From Vicugna vicugna (lineage: Eukaryota): a stretch of 64,000 nt of DNA. The stretch lies in contig MU058636.1 in the NCBI GenBank assembly GCA_013265495.1, positions 5,305,741-5,369,740 of the forward strand, in the 5' to 3' direction. The notes under the pieces were generated by a model. The model did no database searches, was not told the DNA's origin, and saw only the letters and a program-made list of their open reading frames with translations. The position numbers were made by a program, and so were the translations under genes. This document shows positions 23,571-35,785 of the stretch, piece after piece (within the stretch, counting starts at the first letter, position 1; each line of letters opens with the position of its first letter).

Positions 23571-24609
23571 ACCCCCTCCACAACATGCACGAGCTCCCCA
23601 ATGATTAATGAATCAAATGTAAACTCTTTGCCCTAATATTCATTGCCACTTGATTCGTACGGCCCGAGTCTAATATTTTGGAGTCACCTGGTGCTGCACT
23701 GGACAGTTACCCTTCTTGCAAGCCAGACAGACACACTACCATCTCCTGACACACGTGCGTGCTCACGGCTTCACTCAGCACGTGTTCCTCACATGCTCAG
23801 CCTTCAGCTGTCAGTTCTCGATCGCATCCTCATGCCTCATCTCAACCCCCTTGCATTTTCTTTGTAACCTTCTCCTGGAGTTTCTCCCATCTTGCTGTAC
23901 TGCAGTCACTAACGTGCATGCCTCGTCTCCCTCAACTGTAAAATCCTCAAGAGCACAGAGAAAGCCTTACCCACCCACATGCTCTGCAGTGCATGCAGCA
24001 CAGTGCCCAGACACAAGAGGAACTCAGTAAATGTTTGCTCAGCTAAAATAAACCCTGATTTGATCTGGTGTTTGGTTTTGGGGTTTTTTTTTGTTTTTTT
24101 TTGGTTTTTTTTGCTTTTGAGTCTCACAAAGGGCTAAAAGCATTTATCTCATGGAAATAATCTGGCTTTAACCTCGGACTAGTGTCAACCTTAACCTGAG
24201 AACTGATTAAATGTAAAGACTCACATATGCTACTTCCAAACCAAAAGGGAGATTTAATTGAAAAATGCAGCTCAGCCTCTTATGGCAGAAACATCAGGAA
24301 TTCCCTGGCTCCAGCAACATGTATCATTAATTTAACTTAACCTATTCACTTTGACAAAATATTTATTTAGTGGGTCACCACTTTATCCTGTTTTAACAAG
24401 TGGTACTTGTTATAATCCTTTTTGAATCTGCAATATTGTAGACTCTTGAAACACATTTATTGCAGAATTCTCTATAGCAGGAGTCTTCTTCGAGTTGGAT
24501 CAATTCCATGTCAAGGTCTACTTCATGCATATGTTGTGGAAAATCTCAGAAGTCCTCAGGCCAATTGCTTTTTTCTAAAGAACTGAGGCTTGGACCATTA
24601 AATATTTAC

Positions 24610-24872
24610 AGCTGACCCTCGAACAACATGGGTTTGAACTGCACGGGTTTACTTAACAGGCGGATTTTTTTCAATAAGTACACAGTCGGCCCTTCCTATA
24701 CTTGCGTCTTGAATTTGTGGATTCAACAAACCGTGAATCCTGTGTTTTGTTTGTAATTCGAGCTTGGCTGAATCCTCAGATGCAGAACTGGGAACACGGA
24801 GAACCAACCATGGGACCCGAGCATCCTCGGCAGGTCCTAGAACCAATCCCACGCGGTGCTGAGGGACAACTT
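24610..24872 (+). mobile_element. Tigger2a-like MITE
   Basis: TA-CAGCTGACCCTCGAACAACATGGGTTTGAACTGCACGGG left end; GAACCAATCCC...TGAGGGACAACT right end. Confidence 0.8.
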
Positions 24873-25535
24873 CATAAACATACCCGTATAGCCAGAAGAG
24901 TCACGAGTTAACTTCTGATACCCCTCTTTGCAACTGTCTTTAGCAGGATACCCACTTTAATCAATAAGTGCTATTTTCAATGATTAATTACAGGGCCTTT
25001 GCTGAGAATTATCACTTTCACATCACTTACAAAGTTCCAAGTGAAAACATAAATTAGTTGAATTAAACTTAAGACTTGTTTTGTTTTGCTTATTTTTCAC
25101 CAATTAAAATACATTTTATTAAAATAAATTTGCCTTTTATTTCTAGTCATTTTAACACTTTTGGATTTCATATATCCCAAGGAAATGCTTTCTTTTAAAT
25201 AAATCTAGATAGAAAATATATTCTATTGTTTTTCCTTTTCATTTTAAATTCATTAAAAGTACAGTGAAAGTTAGTTTTATAACTTAACACAAAACCCTAT
25301 TGAGAAGGAAGATTCTGAAGTCAAAAAGTTATTTTCAAATGCACAAAATATAGCTTGGAGATCTCCATAGCAAACCGTGAACAAAGTTTACTTCTGGAGA
25401 GGAGCGTAGAGTTACAACTTTTATGTATCTCTTTATGGATTCCTGTAGTACTCGTATAATTAAAATTCCATCGACAGTTGTTTCTCGGGCTGACAGATGT
25501 GCTTGAGAACACGGACCTGCATGGCCCGCACTTAC

Positions 25536-25734
25536 ACTGATAGATGTGGAGGAAGGTCTCGCTGAGCTTGTTGGTGAAGAGCGGCTCGGGGAGGTCCCGG
25601 AAGAACTGTTTCACCATATCGGCCACGTCGTAAGCGGACTGGTCCTCGTAGCTGACGTTCTCGGGGAAGTTCTCATTCATCTGACGTAAGGCATGGATTC
25701 GCGACTTCACGCCTGATTTTCGAAAAAGACCCAC
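25536..25734 (-). CDS. STARD13: STARD13 exon 8 (199 bp; VGLFRKSG...LHIYQ; RhoGAP arginine-finger codon at 25720-25722)
   Basis: Within ORF 25321..25827. Acceptor TTTCAG|GTG, donor CAGT|GTAAGT. Confidence 0.97.
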
Positions 25735-26479
25735 CTGAAACAAGCCACAGGGACATGTCAGTGAGGCCGCCTTTGCCCCAGACGTTTTCTTCCTGCGGCA
25801 AGCACCTTGGGGGGGATGAGAAGGCAAGGGGACAGGACTCCATGGGTTGGAACTGTATCTGAGCTAGTAAATTGTAAATGACTAATCTAGCTGCTTTGGG
25901 CAGCAGGTGAACACAGACTTCCTCTCCCACCAAATGAAAATGAAAATAGCATCCCCGCCCCTTACAGGGCTCTTGAGAAACTATATGTGATCGTGCTTTG
26001 TAACCTGTCAAGCCTTGTAACACGGTAGACGTTATTATTTTATTCATTTATTTAACAAGAAGCGATTAAGTACCCCTATAATCAGGCAGACTTAGACTTG
26101 CTAGGAGTCATTAGTGAGCAGATGGGACAAAATTCCCCGCCCTCTCGTGCTCACACTTGAATGCGGGTTTTGAGAAGGTTTGGTCAATGCAAGGTTTGGT
26201 GGATCCCAGACGAGTAACCACATCCAGTGCCCCTCTGAGGGACAGCTTTATAGGGACTATGCTCATTGAAACAGAATAATATCATAAGCAGGTATTTTGC
26301 CTGAAAGTCTCACACGCTTGTGCATCTTGGATTCGCCCGGTATGTGCCTCGGAGATGCCGGGCACTTGCTCCTCCGCGGGGTTAGTTATCATGTGTATAA
26401 GCTAGGGCCCTGGTGAGAGGGATTCCCGAGGGCCTTTTCTGCAGACTTCAAGACACCGTCCTGTGCCTTTTCCATCCTT

Positions 26480-26960
26480 AGGCTTAGACTCTGCCTCTAC
26501 TTGACAGATAAATGCAGCAACGAGGCGCCGTAGGAATTGCCCCCGGCAGGCACAATCAAGGGGGAGCAGCGCGCTAGGGGAGGGAGGTTCCCGCAGTGGT
26601 TTCCGGGTCCTGCTGCGGGCTCGCCCCACTGTGGACCTGCCACCATCCGAAACGAACCGCGCTTCTCTGGGAGCCCAGGCTTAGAGTGAATTAGCACGTC
26701 TGCCATTTTTAAATGCCTGCGGGGCGTCGAGTTGCTCAAAACTCGGTCCTTCAGCGCTCAGCCTCCGCTCTTCCATTCCGAGGGGGCGCACTGCTTGGCC
26801 CCCTTCCACGCAGCGCGGTGGCGCAGCCGCGGTGGTCAGAGGGGGGCAGCGCCCTCTGGAGCCGGCGCCGCCCCTCCTCCTGACACCTGGACACACGCCC
26901 CCTGGCTGCCCCGTGTGCCCAGATGGCCCCGGCCCAAGTTCAGGTGCCCGAGGAGAGCTC
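26480..26960. promoter_or_regulatory. Intronic CpG-rich element with clustered CTCF-like motifs
   Basis: GCTCCAGAGGGCGCTG on the minus strand (26847-26862), plus CGAGGGGGCGCA, CAGCGCGGTGGCGC and CAGAGGGGGGCAGC within about 90 bp. Confidence 0.6.
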
Positions 26961-28549
26961 TGTCGGTTGTTGCTATAAACAGAGAGCAGCCTGAATTCTT
27001 TTAAATTGCAGTAACAGCAAGGGAAGAATTCCAAGTAATTAGAGAATGCTAGGGTTTTGTATGCGTCAGCTATGGATCGCAGGCGCAATCACGCACTGCT
27101 CCTTTCTGTGGCAGTACAGACAGGATCCTTAACAATACTTCTTTGCATTCCAAGGCTTACCACCCTAATTTCACAGAGCAGGGTATTTGCGCGTAGTGTC
27201 ACTTAAAACATTAACTGCTTTTTTATTCTTAAAGTTTGGAATGTCTAGAAAATGCAGAACGTTGCCAAGAAGAATCTAAAGAACATTTCTCTCCTGGCAA
27301 CTACTCTAAATTTCATCAAAAGGCATGAGGAGGAAGCATGTGCTGTCAAAGGGAAAATCCAAGATGTCCAATGAGCGATTATCGCAGTGCGACTGAGGCT
27401 GGGTGGACCCTGACACGGCGCTGGGCTGCACGGGCGTTCTCAGGAGCCAAGTGCCCCAGAGGTGAGCTCCTCAGTGTGACTCACAGACACTTATCCTCGT
27501 GTGAGCTGGTATTATTCCGTTTGAGAATCCCTGCTATTACTTTTGTTACCGGCGGAGAACTATTGATCGGGTTCTGTAAGAACAAAGCAGATGGTGTTTT
27601 TGTGCACATCGCAGAACCAGATCCCTCTCTTGTCAGCTGTGTCTTGCTGGCTTTAATTCTGGATGCACAGTGATGTGCAGGCACACACATCCCAGCGACG
27701 TTTTCTTTGCACTGTTCTCTTTCCAAGTTTCTTTCTAGTTTCAGCAAATATTGTTATTTTAATTATTTTACACGTGTCTGGAGCTCTCCAGCTGCAGGCT
27801 CCGAGCTGCCTGTTCTAACTTAGATCTCACAGGATGTCCAGAGGGTTGTCAGGTATTTGTTTGTTCTGCCTCGGATTCTGACAATAACCTTCCCGTCCCA
27901 CCCTTATCTTCCAAGGGACGTGGGAAATATCTGTGGGTTCTGTGGATTTTTGTTGGCAGAGCCAAAGGAAATTTTTCCCTCAGACTAATAAAGGTGGTCT
28001 GAAATCAGATTCCAGATCCAGGAGCTGAGGATGGCAGAAGGGAGAGGTGGTGAGAACCCCAGCCTTCAAAAATGTCACCGAACTGATGTAAGGACTAACC
28101 CTGGAACCACGCTACTTCCTGCCTTCTTGTCATGTGAGCACAGGAATTTCTGAGTGCTTAAGCCGTCTGGGGATGGGGCCTCTGTTCCTTGCAGGGGAAA
28201 GATCCTTGGACATAGTAAGTAGACGCTTCTTCTAACAAAGGAGAGGTCCTGGGTCCAGAGAGAAGAGCTGATCCTACCCACCCCCCCAGAACAACCAAGT
28301 GGGGGCACACGTGATTGCCACTCAGCATGTTTGCTTCAAAAAGCTTTCAAAGCAGTGATAAAATCTGCATTTTTAGCTAATTTTTTCCCCTAAGTAAAAG
28401 GTGGAGTACTGAAGAAACCATTTTAAAGTCCATTTCTTTTAAGGGCACTGTTGTCATCACAGCCGGTGGGAGGCAGTTTCATTGTGAGGAAGTCAAAGGA
28501 TGTGAGAAACGGCTTTCATCTGCTTCCGCGTCTGTCAGTGGTGGGCAGG

Positions 28550-28680
28550 TGACCTGGGCTGCCACAGGGGGCCCCACACTTGGCTTAATGCTCTGCGCGT
28601 AACGTTTGGAAAGCCTCAATGATCTATACACACGAGATCTCATTTTGCACGAGGCCCCACAAATGACCCAGCAGGGCTTG
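28550..28680. mobile_element. MER91-like hAT fragment
   Basis: GGGCCCCACACTTGGCTTAATGCTCTGC...CATTTTGCACGAGGCCCCACAAAT. Confidence 0.5.
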
Positions 28681-30192
28681 CTTGGGTACTTGTGACAGCA
28701 GCGCCAACACCCCCTCTGGCACAGAATCTCTCATTAGAAAGGTAAAAGAATGAGTGATGAGTGTCCCTTTGGACTAGCTTTCCTTTCTTCTTTGTCTTCC
28801 ACCCAAAAACCCAGCTTTCAAAAAGCAAGGACTTAGGTATAATTTAAAAAGATGGGCCCCGGAGCATCACTCATCTTATCCCAGGTGGGCAGCGGGGAAA
28901 GAGATGGAACAGGCAGTGGCTCGAGGACACTTGTATTGAGTATGAAGTGTCTTCCCAGCATAATTGGGCTTTTAAAACTTACTGCAGCATTAGAAGGAGA
29001 GGCCGGGCATGAGGGCTGCTTTAGAATTCAAATTTCATCTAAATAATATTAAATCTCCTCGGCATCCTGTTGATGCTAATCCTTTCAGCACTTAATGACG
29101 TTTATCAGGACTTGCATTTCCTCTTGAGAAATGTGCTCCGCTAATGAAGAAAGGTTGGTTTTCTTCCGGAGGAAGGTCCGTAGAACAGTATGCGGCAGGT
29201 TCTTATTTGGAGCCTTGCAGGTTTAGCCTCGCACGGCAGTGACTTCATATTCATCAGGAGCTGGGAATAACCTATCCTTCTGTGCAGCTGATTTAGGGCA
29301 GAAATAAAAGCGCAGCCAGCAAAGCCCGGCTCCTCTCACACACTGCTGCGTCTGAATACAAACGTTCATAATTGAAGGCTGAACTCCTTTATTTCATCCA
29401 CAGCCAGCTGCCAGGGCGAAAACGGACACACCGTGTTTCATCGTGTACAAGCCGTTCTGCACTTGGGCGTGTAGGAGGTGAAACGGTGGCCCTGTTTCAG
29501 GGCAAGGTCGGGCTGTCTTCAGCTGTCTGTGCTCAATGCTGGCGTTTGAGAAGAACACTCAGCACGGGGGAAAGGGGCTGGACTCATCGCAGGAAGCCTC
29601 CCTCCCTGGGATGGGGGCTGAGCCTTGGGACAGTCTTGGGTGGGGGTTCGAGGGCACCACGTGAAGGGAGGCAGCAGAGAAGCCAGTCAAAGTGGTTTAG
29701 ACGTGGGGTATTCTGAGAGCCCTGGTCTTACGTGATCCTGGGGCTGAGAGCTCAAGATCCTGTGCAGACCTGAGTCCTCAGTTCGAAGGTGGTGCTGTCG
29801 GGAAAGGAAGAACACTTGTCTGGTGTGTGTCCGCTCCTTCTGTGTTATTCCTGTCCCTCTTTCTTTTCTGATCCATTAGCTTTTATTCGCTCAAGTTCAC
29901 TCTTAAATCTCTAGGACAGTCTTCCTCGTGAGCCTGACTTTCTTCAATTCTTAGTACGTTTTTCTAGTTTTCCCTTGTTCCTTTCTACTACTGCCTTCCT
30001 CTTTTGCAGAGACCAGAGAGGGGGCCCCTGCATGCTCCCCACACTCTGTGCTGATGAAGGGGAGGGGCTACAAGGTGGAGGCCCTGCGGGTGTGCAGTGC
30101 CTCAAGTCCCTTGGACATCTTACAGAGTCTTTCTTCTGACAGATGCAAGAGAAGGGTTGCCTTGTCCATTGTGGTTACATTTAGAATCAGTA

Positions 30193-30420
30193 TTTTTTTT
30201 AAAAATTGAAGTACAGCTGATTTACAGTGTTGTGTTAGTTTCAGGTGTACAGTAAAGTGATTCAGTTTTATATACATACATATATATATTATTTTTCAGA
30301 TTCTTTTCCATTATAGGTTAGTTATTACAAGATATTGAATATAGTTCCCTGTGCTAGACAGTAGGGCCTTGTTGTTTACTACCTTATATATAGTAGAATG
30401 TGTCTGTTAATCCCAAGTCC
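30193..30420 (-). mobile_element. LINE-1 3' end of the cetartiodactyl type
   Basis: T-tail then ATTGAAGTACAGCTGATTTACAGTGTTGTGTTAGTTTCAGGTGTACAG...CAAGATATTGAATATAGTTCCCTGTGCTA. Confidence 0.85.
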
Positions 30421-33266
30421 TTATTCATGTCCACGAAATGAGTCTTTCCTGTAAAGCTTAGCCAGCATACTGTTTTCCAGTGTGGCGTTCTTCCAGATTT
30501 AAAACGTAGTTCTAGACCTGAAGTGGAGACTGGGAATAAGCCAGCGAGTAGGGCTGGAGGAGGCTTTGGTGCCCACTAGCCTTCTCTCTGTTCATATGGC
30601 TTTTGCTTCAAACAGGAGCCTGGACCCGATAACAGTGGTAATGCTGGTGATACACATTCAGAATCCACAGGGGGCATGACTGGTTTCCTTTCCACATAAA
30701 GACTACGTGGTGAGTGGAGCAGTGTATTACTACTCATTTATACCCAACCTTGTTCAAGAAAGAATTCAAGGTGACTTACAGTGATCTATAAAATACAATA
30801 AGATGCAATTAAATTAAAGCTAATAGATGAGAAATCAGAGCAAAAGGAAAATAAAGATAGAAAAGGATAGTGGCAACTAGGAATGAGGTTCCTACATAAA
30901 AGTCATGTCAAAAAGTTATATATATTTACTACGGACAGAACATGCATTTGGCTTCAATAATTCTAGCAGCCAATAGAGAGGAAAACATATCCAGCTGAAT
31001 GAGTCTGGTGTACCGAATATAAGATACAGAGCAGTTATCCAAAAACAACAGTGCTTCCAGGTGCTGGGGCCGGAGAAAAAATCCTTTCATTCTTTCAGAA
31101 AAGACACTACATGATATAATGATGGACATCATCAACAAAATCCCGACAGCGGGCCCATCAGCGACTTGTTTAGGGCCACTTGTCAAAGTGTCCCTCAGTG
31201 CTGGAGATGGCCTGACCCACCCCGTACACCCGGGACAAGCAGTTCTAACGGGTGGCAGTGGAGGGCAGTGATTAAAAACTTGGACTCTGGAGACAGATTT
31301 TCCAGCAAGTGTTCACTCCACCACTGCCACCTGGGGGCTCACCCTGCCCAGGGTGGATATGGGATTAAATGAGGCAACGGACGCAGAACACTTACATGAT
31401 CCCTGAAACACGCTGGGCACTCAAGGAAGGTAATTATTATGGAAGTAATGGCATAGGAGGACAGCACTGACTAGGCATTCCTGAGCAAACACTGTTTTCT
31501 CTCAATAGAGCTTGTGCTGATAAGCATTAGCTGGCCATTCATTAGAATGTTTGGAAAAGAGTATTTTCCATGCTTGGTAAAAGGCAGAGACAAAGACTCT
31601 AAGAGAAATCAGCCGAGAGGGGAGATGAGTCGCATATACCCTTACGAAGATGGAGAAGCTTGGACAAACGTCTGAATAAAAGGCTACCCTCCACAAAACA
31701 CAATCTTGGGTCTACTAACAAACCAAGAGAAGTATAATTAGAGCCACGAGGTCCTATGTCAAAGGGCACGGTTGTAGTACTTTTAGGCTTGCAAAAGAGA
31801 TTAACTGGGGTGGGTATTTCCAAATAGTCACTGAGCCCACCCCTCCGAAAAGTTTTCTCAGTAAAATACCTATAGACCATCTACCTTTGATTAATGTGTG
31901 CTTTTGATAAAAGTGTTAAAATTAAAAACATAAATAAATAAAAAATGAACGCTTAAGTAACCAGATTCATTGGATCGCTCTGCTGGGATGTTACTCACAA
32001 GTCAGTTAATGCTGGGGCATCTGCCGAAGATGAGCAGTTAGTTTTTGACAAGTGGTCTGTTGCCCTTCTTTCTGAGATATAATAGGCAGGCCACCAAGGC
32101 CAGTTCTCAAGCAAAGAAGCTGTCAGAAGAGCAACCACTCTTACCCTCAGCATAACATCTAAATATGAAAATATATATGTAGGGGCATTATCTAAACCAG
32201 GAGTGGGAAGGGAAAAGGGCATAATATATTTAGTTCAATCAACGATAGCATCAAATGAAGTTACTTTTATTCTTCTCCACTGAAAACTGGTATCTGATTC
32301 ATCAGGAGACCATCCTGATTCTAAGTGTGATCTTAGCACGGGGTAGAGACGAGCATCAGCTCATGAGTTCGCATAGCTTAGCTCATTCCTGTCCACTGAG
32401 CCCAAGGCCAAGGGTAAATCAATGAAAAGTGCAAATAATCTTAGATGGGCATTGATTCTTCACATGGTTTTAAAGAGTATGAGGAACAAAAGCCATTATA
32501 GAATAGTTGCCTAAAAATACCCCCCCGCTACTCAAGGTTGCAATTTATCAAGCGGAAATACGGCTTTTATTTGGGACGGAATGTCTAATAGAGAAACTAA
32601 TGAGTGTTAATTCAGGGGAGCAAAGGCTTAGCCTGGTTAATTACAGGATGGGCTGTACTCTGGGCCAGTCACAGCCCACCATTGTGCTAGTCCCCAAACA
32701 GTCCTGGAGACAGAAAATGATCTCCAAGTATTTTGTTTAGCTTGAGCTTTTTAATCAACTCCACAAGAGGAGGGAAAATTTAATTCAGCTGATATTATTT
32801 TCATACTTACATACTTAAAAAAGATCTAAATAAATTTCTTTTTGCTGAAAGTTTTCCCAGTCATTGTGCTATTTCAAAAGAAAATTAATAAAGGGAGATG
32901 TAAAGACCTAGATCATTTAAAAAATAAATAAAACAGGGGTAAAAGAATGCTGTGAAATCAGTGGTGGCATTGAGACAATAATTAGAAAGGAAACACAGTA
33001 TATAGGTTAACTCCCTGTTTCTGGGGAACACAAATCAGCCATCACAGGTAGAAAGTTTTAACAGTCACTTTCTGCAGTCACTCCAGGGTACCCTTCAAGC
33101 CGCCAATGAGGAAACATCCTGACAGAGCTCGACAAAGTAAGTACTGACCTACAAATATCACAGTGCCCTTTATTTCTGGAGAGGCATGTCTGGTCTGGAC
33201 CCGACAGATCTGGCTCTGCCTGGCACTGCACATACCCCCGCCCGTGCCTGGGAGTTACGCCCCTAC

Positions 33267-33426
33267 CTGATCCAGGCAGTTGCTGCGGAGGTACCTCAGT
33301 GCCTGCTGGATACTCTGCGGCAGGGGCTGCCCTGTTCTCTGGACGTGAACGATGAGAGGAACGCCAAAGACAGCCTTGTCTCTGTAATCAGGAACTTTCA
33401 TCCTCTTCATGAACTTTGGAACTGCC
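33267..33426 (-). CDS. STARD13: STARD13 exon 7 (160 bp; AVPKFMKRMK...FGVPL...CLDQ, start of RhoGAP)
   Basis: Within ORF 33255..33455. Acceptor TTCTAG|G, donor CAG|GTAGGG. Confidence 0.96.
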
Positions 33427-34559
33427 CTAGAATTCACAGAAACCAGGTCATGCACGCCTCGTGGAGCACACTGTGGGGAGAGGCTGTGAAAGCAAGAGGG
33501 AAGCTGAGTTTTTGTTGGAATATCCCACAGGCACGGGGGAATCCAACATTTCTCCCTCGATTAATCCTGTTACACGGATTAATCGTGTGCCCTGGGCCTC
33601 TGACTATTAAAAGGCATGATTCACGTTAGCAGAATGGATTTATGGCCCTGTTTTCAAGTCAAGTGTTTGACTTTCCAATTTAATTGTGATGGACACACTT
33701 CTCAAGTGACGAACACTTAAAAATCCCCAACAAGAAAAAAAAAAAGACAAATTGAAAAAAATACATCAAGAAGAAATGTGGTTGGAGTTGGGGGAGTAAG
33801 GAGGGGAGAGAAGATAAAACACATTCCTTGACTATGTCCTGACTTTTCTAGAACTGGTTCTACCCTTTAAAGGAGATTTTAATACACAAGCACATGTTGA
33901 TTTAACCATGCAGTTTATAACTTGCTAAAATATTTTTATAAAAGCATTGCTGATTCTTCTATATGCATAACGTATAACACAGGGTAATTAATGACACATT
34001 TTATATTTTTCCAAATCCACCAAATCATCTAAAATAGGTTCACATTCAAGTTGCAAGCAAGATACACTTTTGTCAATTCCTATTCCAAAGGTTTAGTGCA
34101 TATTCTTGTTTTTATTTGCCAGTGAAATAAAAGCAGAAATGTACGTGAGGAATTCAGTGCTCTCTGAATGAAGCAATGCTCTCAGTGTTGAGCTCTGCAT
34201 TGGACCAGAAGGTACGAGGAACAGATGTTTCTTTGCAAACTGCCAGAATTACTTAATGGCAAGTTTATTTTTAAGGTCTCTGTTCACAACTAATGACCCT
34301 TTGCTTGTCTTTTTCCCTTCTTGGAGCCTGACTGCTTTCCCTGGAAGCCGACAGAGAGCTACAAATAAGGCGAGCTTCCTGCAGGCTCCATCACACCCAG
34401 GGCGGGCGGTAAGGCAGCACTCTGGACATTCGTCTCAGGAGGTGGGCAGTGAAGGCAAAGAACGAACTCTTCAGAAATGGGGAAGTAAATGGGGAAGAAA
34501 ATTCGTCGCGCGCACCGAGCCCGGGACCGACGCCCCCTCCCGGGGGCGGGGCTACGCAC

Positions 34560-34733
34560 CAGGCCCAGCCGTGCTTGTTGGGCAGCGAGTGCTTCTCCAT
34601 GATGGCCGTGAGGCGGAGCAGCGAGAAGCGCTGGAGCAGGTTCAGCTGGCCGGCCGTCTGGCTGCTGATGTGGGGCGACGCCGTGGACGCCTGAGGCTGG
34701 TGTGAGAGCTGGAAGCTGTTCCACCGGAGTCGC
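34560..34733 (-). CDS. STARD13: STARD13 exon 6 (174 bp; RLRWNSFQLSH...LLRLTAIMEKHSLPNKHGWAW)
   Basis: Acceptor GTAAAG|G, donor CTG|GTGCGT; phase 2 to phase 2. Confidence 0.94.
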
Positions 34734-35785
34734 CTTTACCGGAAAGACCGTCAGAGAAGCCAGTCACAAAGGGGATGCGTTATCGCAAAACACAGGATGT
34801 TACTAACTTGTAAGGAGCTAATCAAAATAGTTTCCGAGCCAAGAAAATCACAAAGCCCATGGAACAGAAGACACAAATGCACAGAATCAACATAAGAAGC
34901 TATTTTTCCCAAGTCTGATAAATTTGGGAAAAGTCATTATCTGTTTCACTAGGAGGCTTAAGAAAGTGAAATAATAAGTTTTATTTGTTGATTTATTCTG
35001 AAATTTGTTCCCAAAGTGTTGAAAGCAGCTGAGACTGTGTGTGTGTGTGGCAGACAGAGAGAGAGAGAGAGAAAGTGAGCGAGACCTCAGACCTTTGGGA
35101 ACTATAAAATACTGTCACACTACCATCCTGTCTCCATGCTCTGACTCTCCCTTGGTGTTGAGATGGAGCCTGCAGGTGACAGGCATGGAGGAAGCACTGG
35201 TGAAGTGATGACACATCCGTGAGCCCCATCACCGCCTCAGCGACAACCCAGCGGCGCAGACGGGACTGTTCCTACTGGTTAGGCCCTTCCAGGGCCGTTT
35301 GTCTCAGGTGCTTCTGAAAGGGTCTTTGTAAAACTGCTTTTACGTATTTGTAATCGGCATTTTAAAGCCAATATAAACTTATGAAGTATACACCTTAGAT
35401 CTCAGAAGTTTCTCATAGAATTTTTATAAAGTTTAAAGGTTGGGGTAGAGACGTTTTGCAAGGTCACGGGAAGCATGTGTGAACAGGCACTGGGCCTGGT
35501 TGTCAGTGATGCCCGACGGCACCCAGCACAGTGCTCTGCATGTAAGAAGTTCGAAGTTTTTTTGAATAAAGCCAAGATTGAATTAATGAATGTGAGTTAA
35601 CATGGATTCAATCACCACAATATCTGTACAAAAGACACACTAGTGTTCAAATAATTTCCCACCATGTATATCACTTAGAACGGTGTCAAGTATTTAGAAG
35701 GTGCTCTATAAATGTTTGCTAAGTAAACAGACCATAATTATTACTAAATGGATTAAACATCATATCACAAAGTCATGCCACCAAC

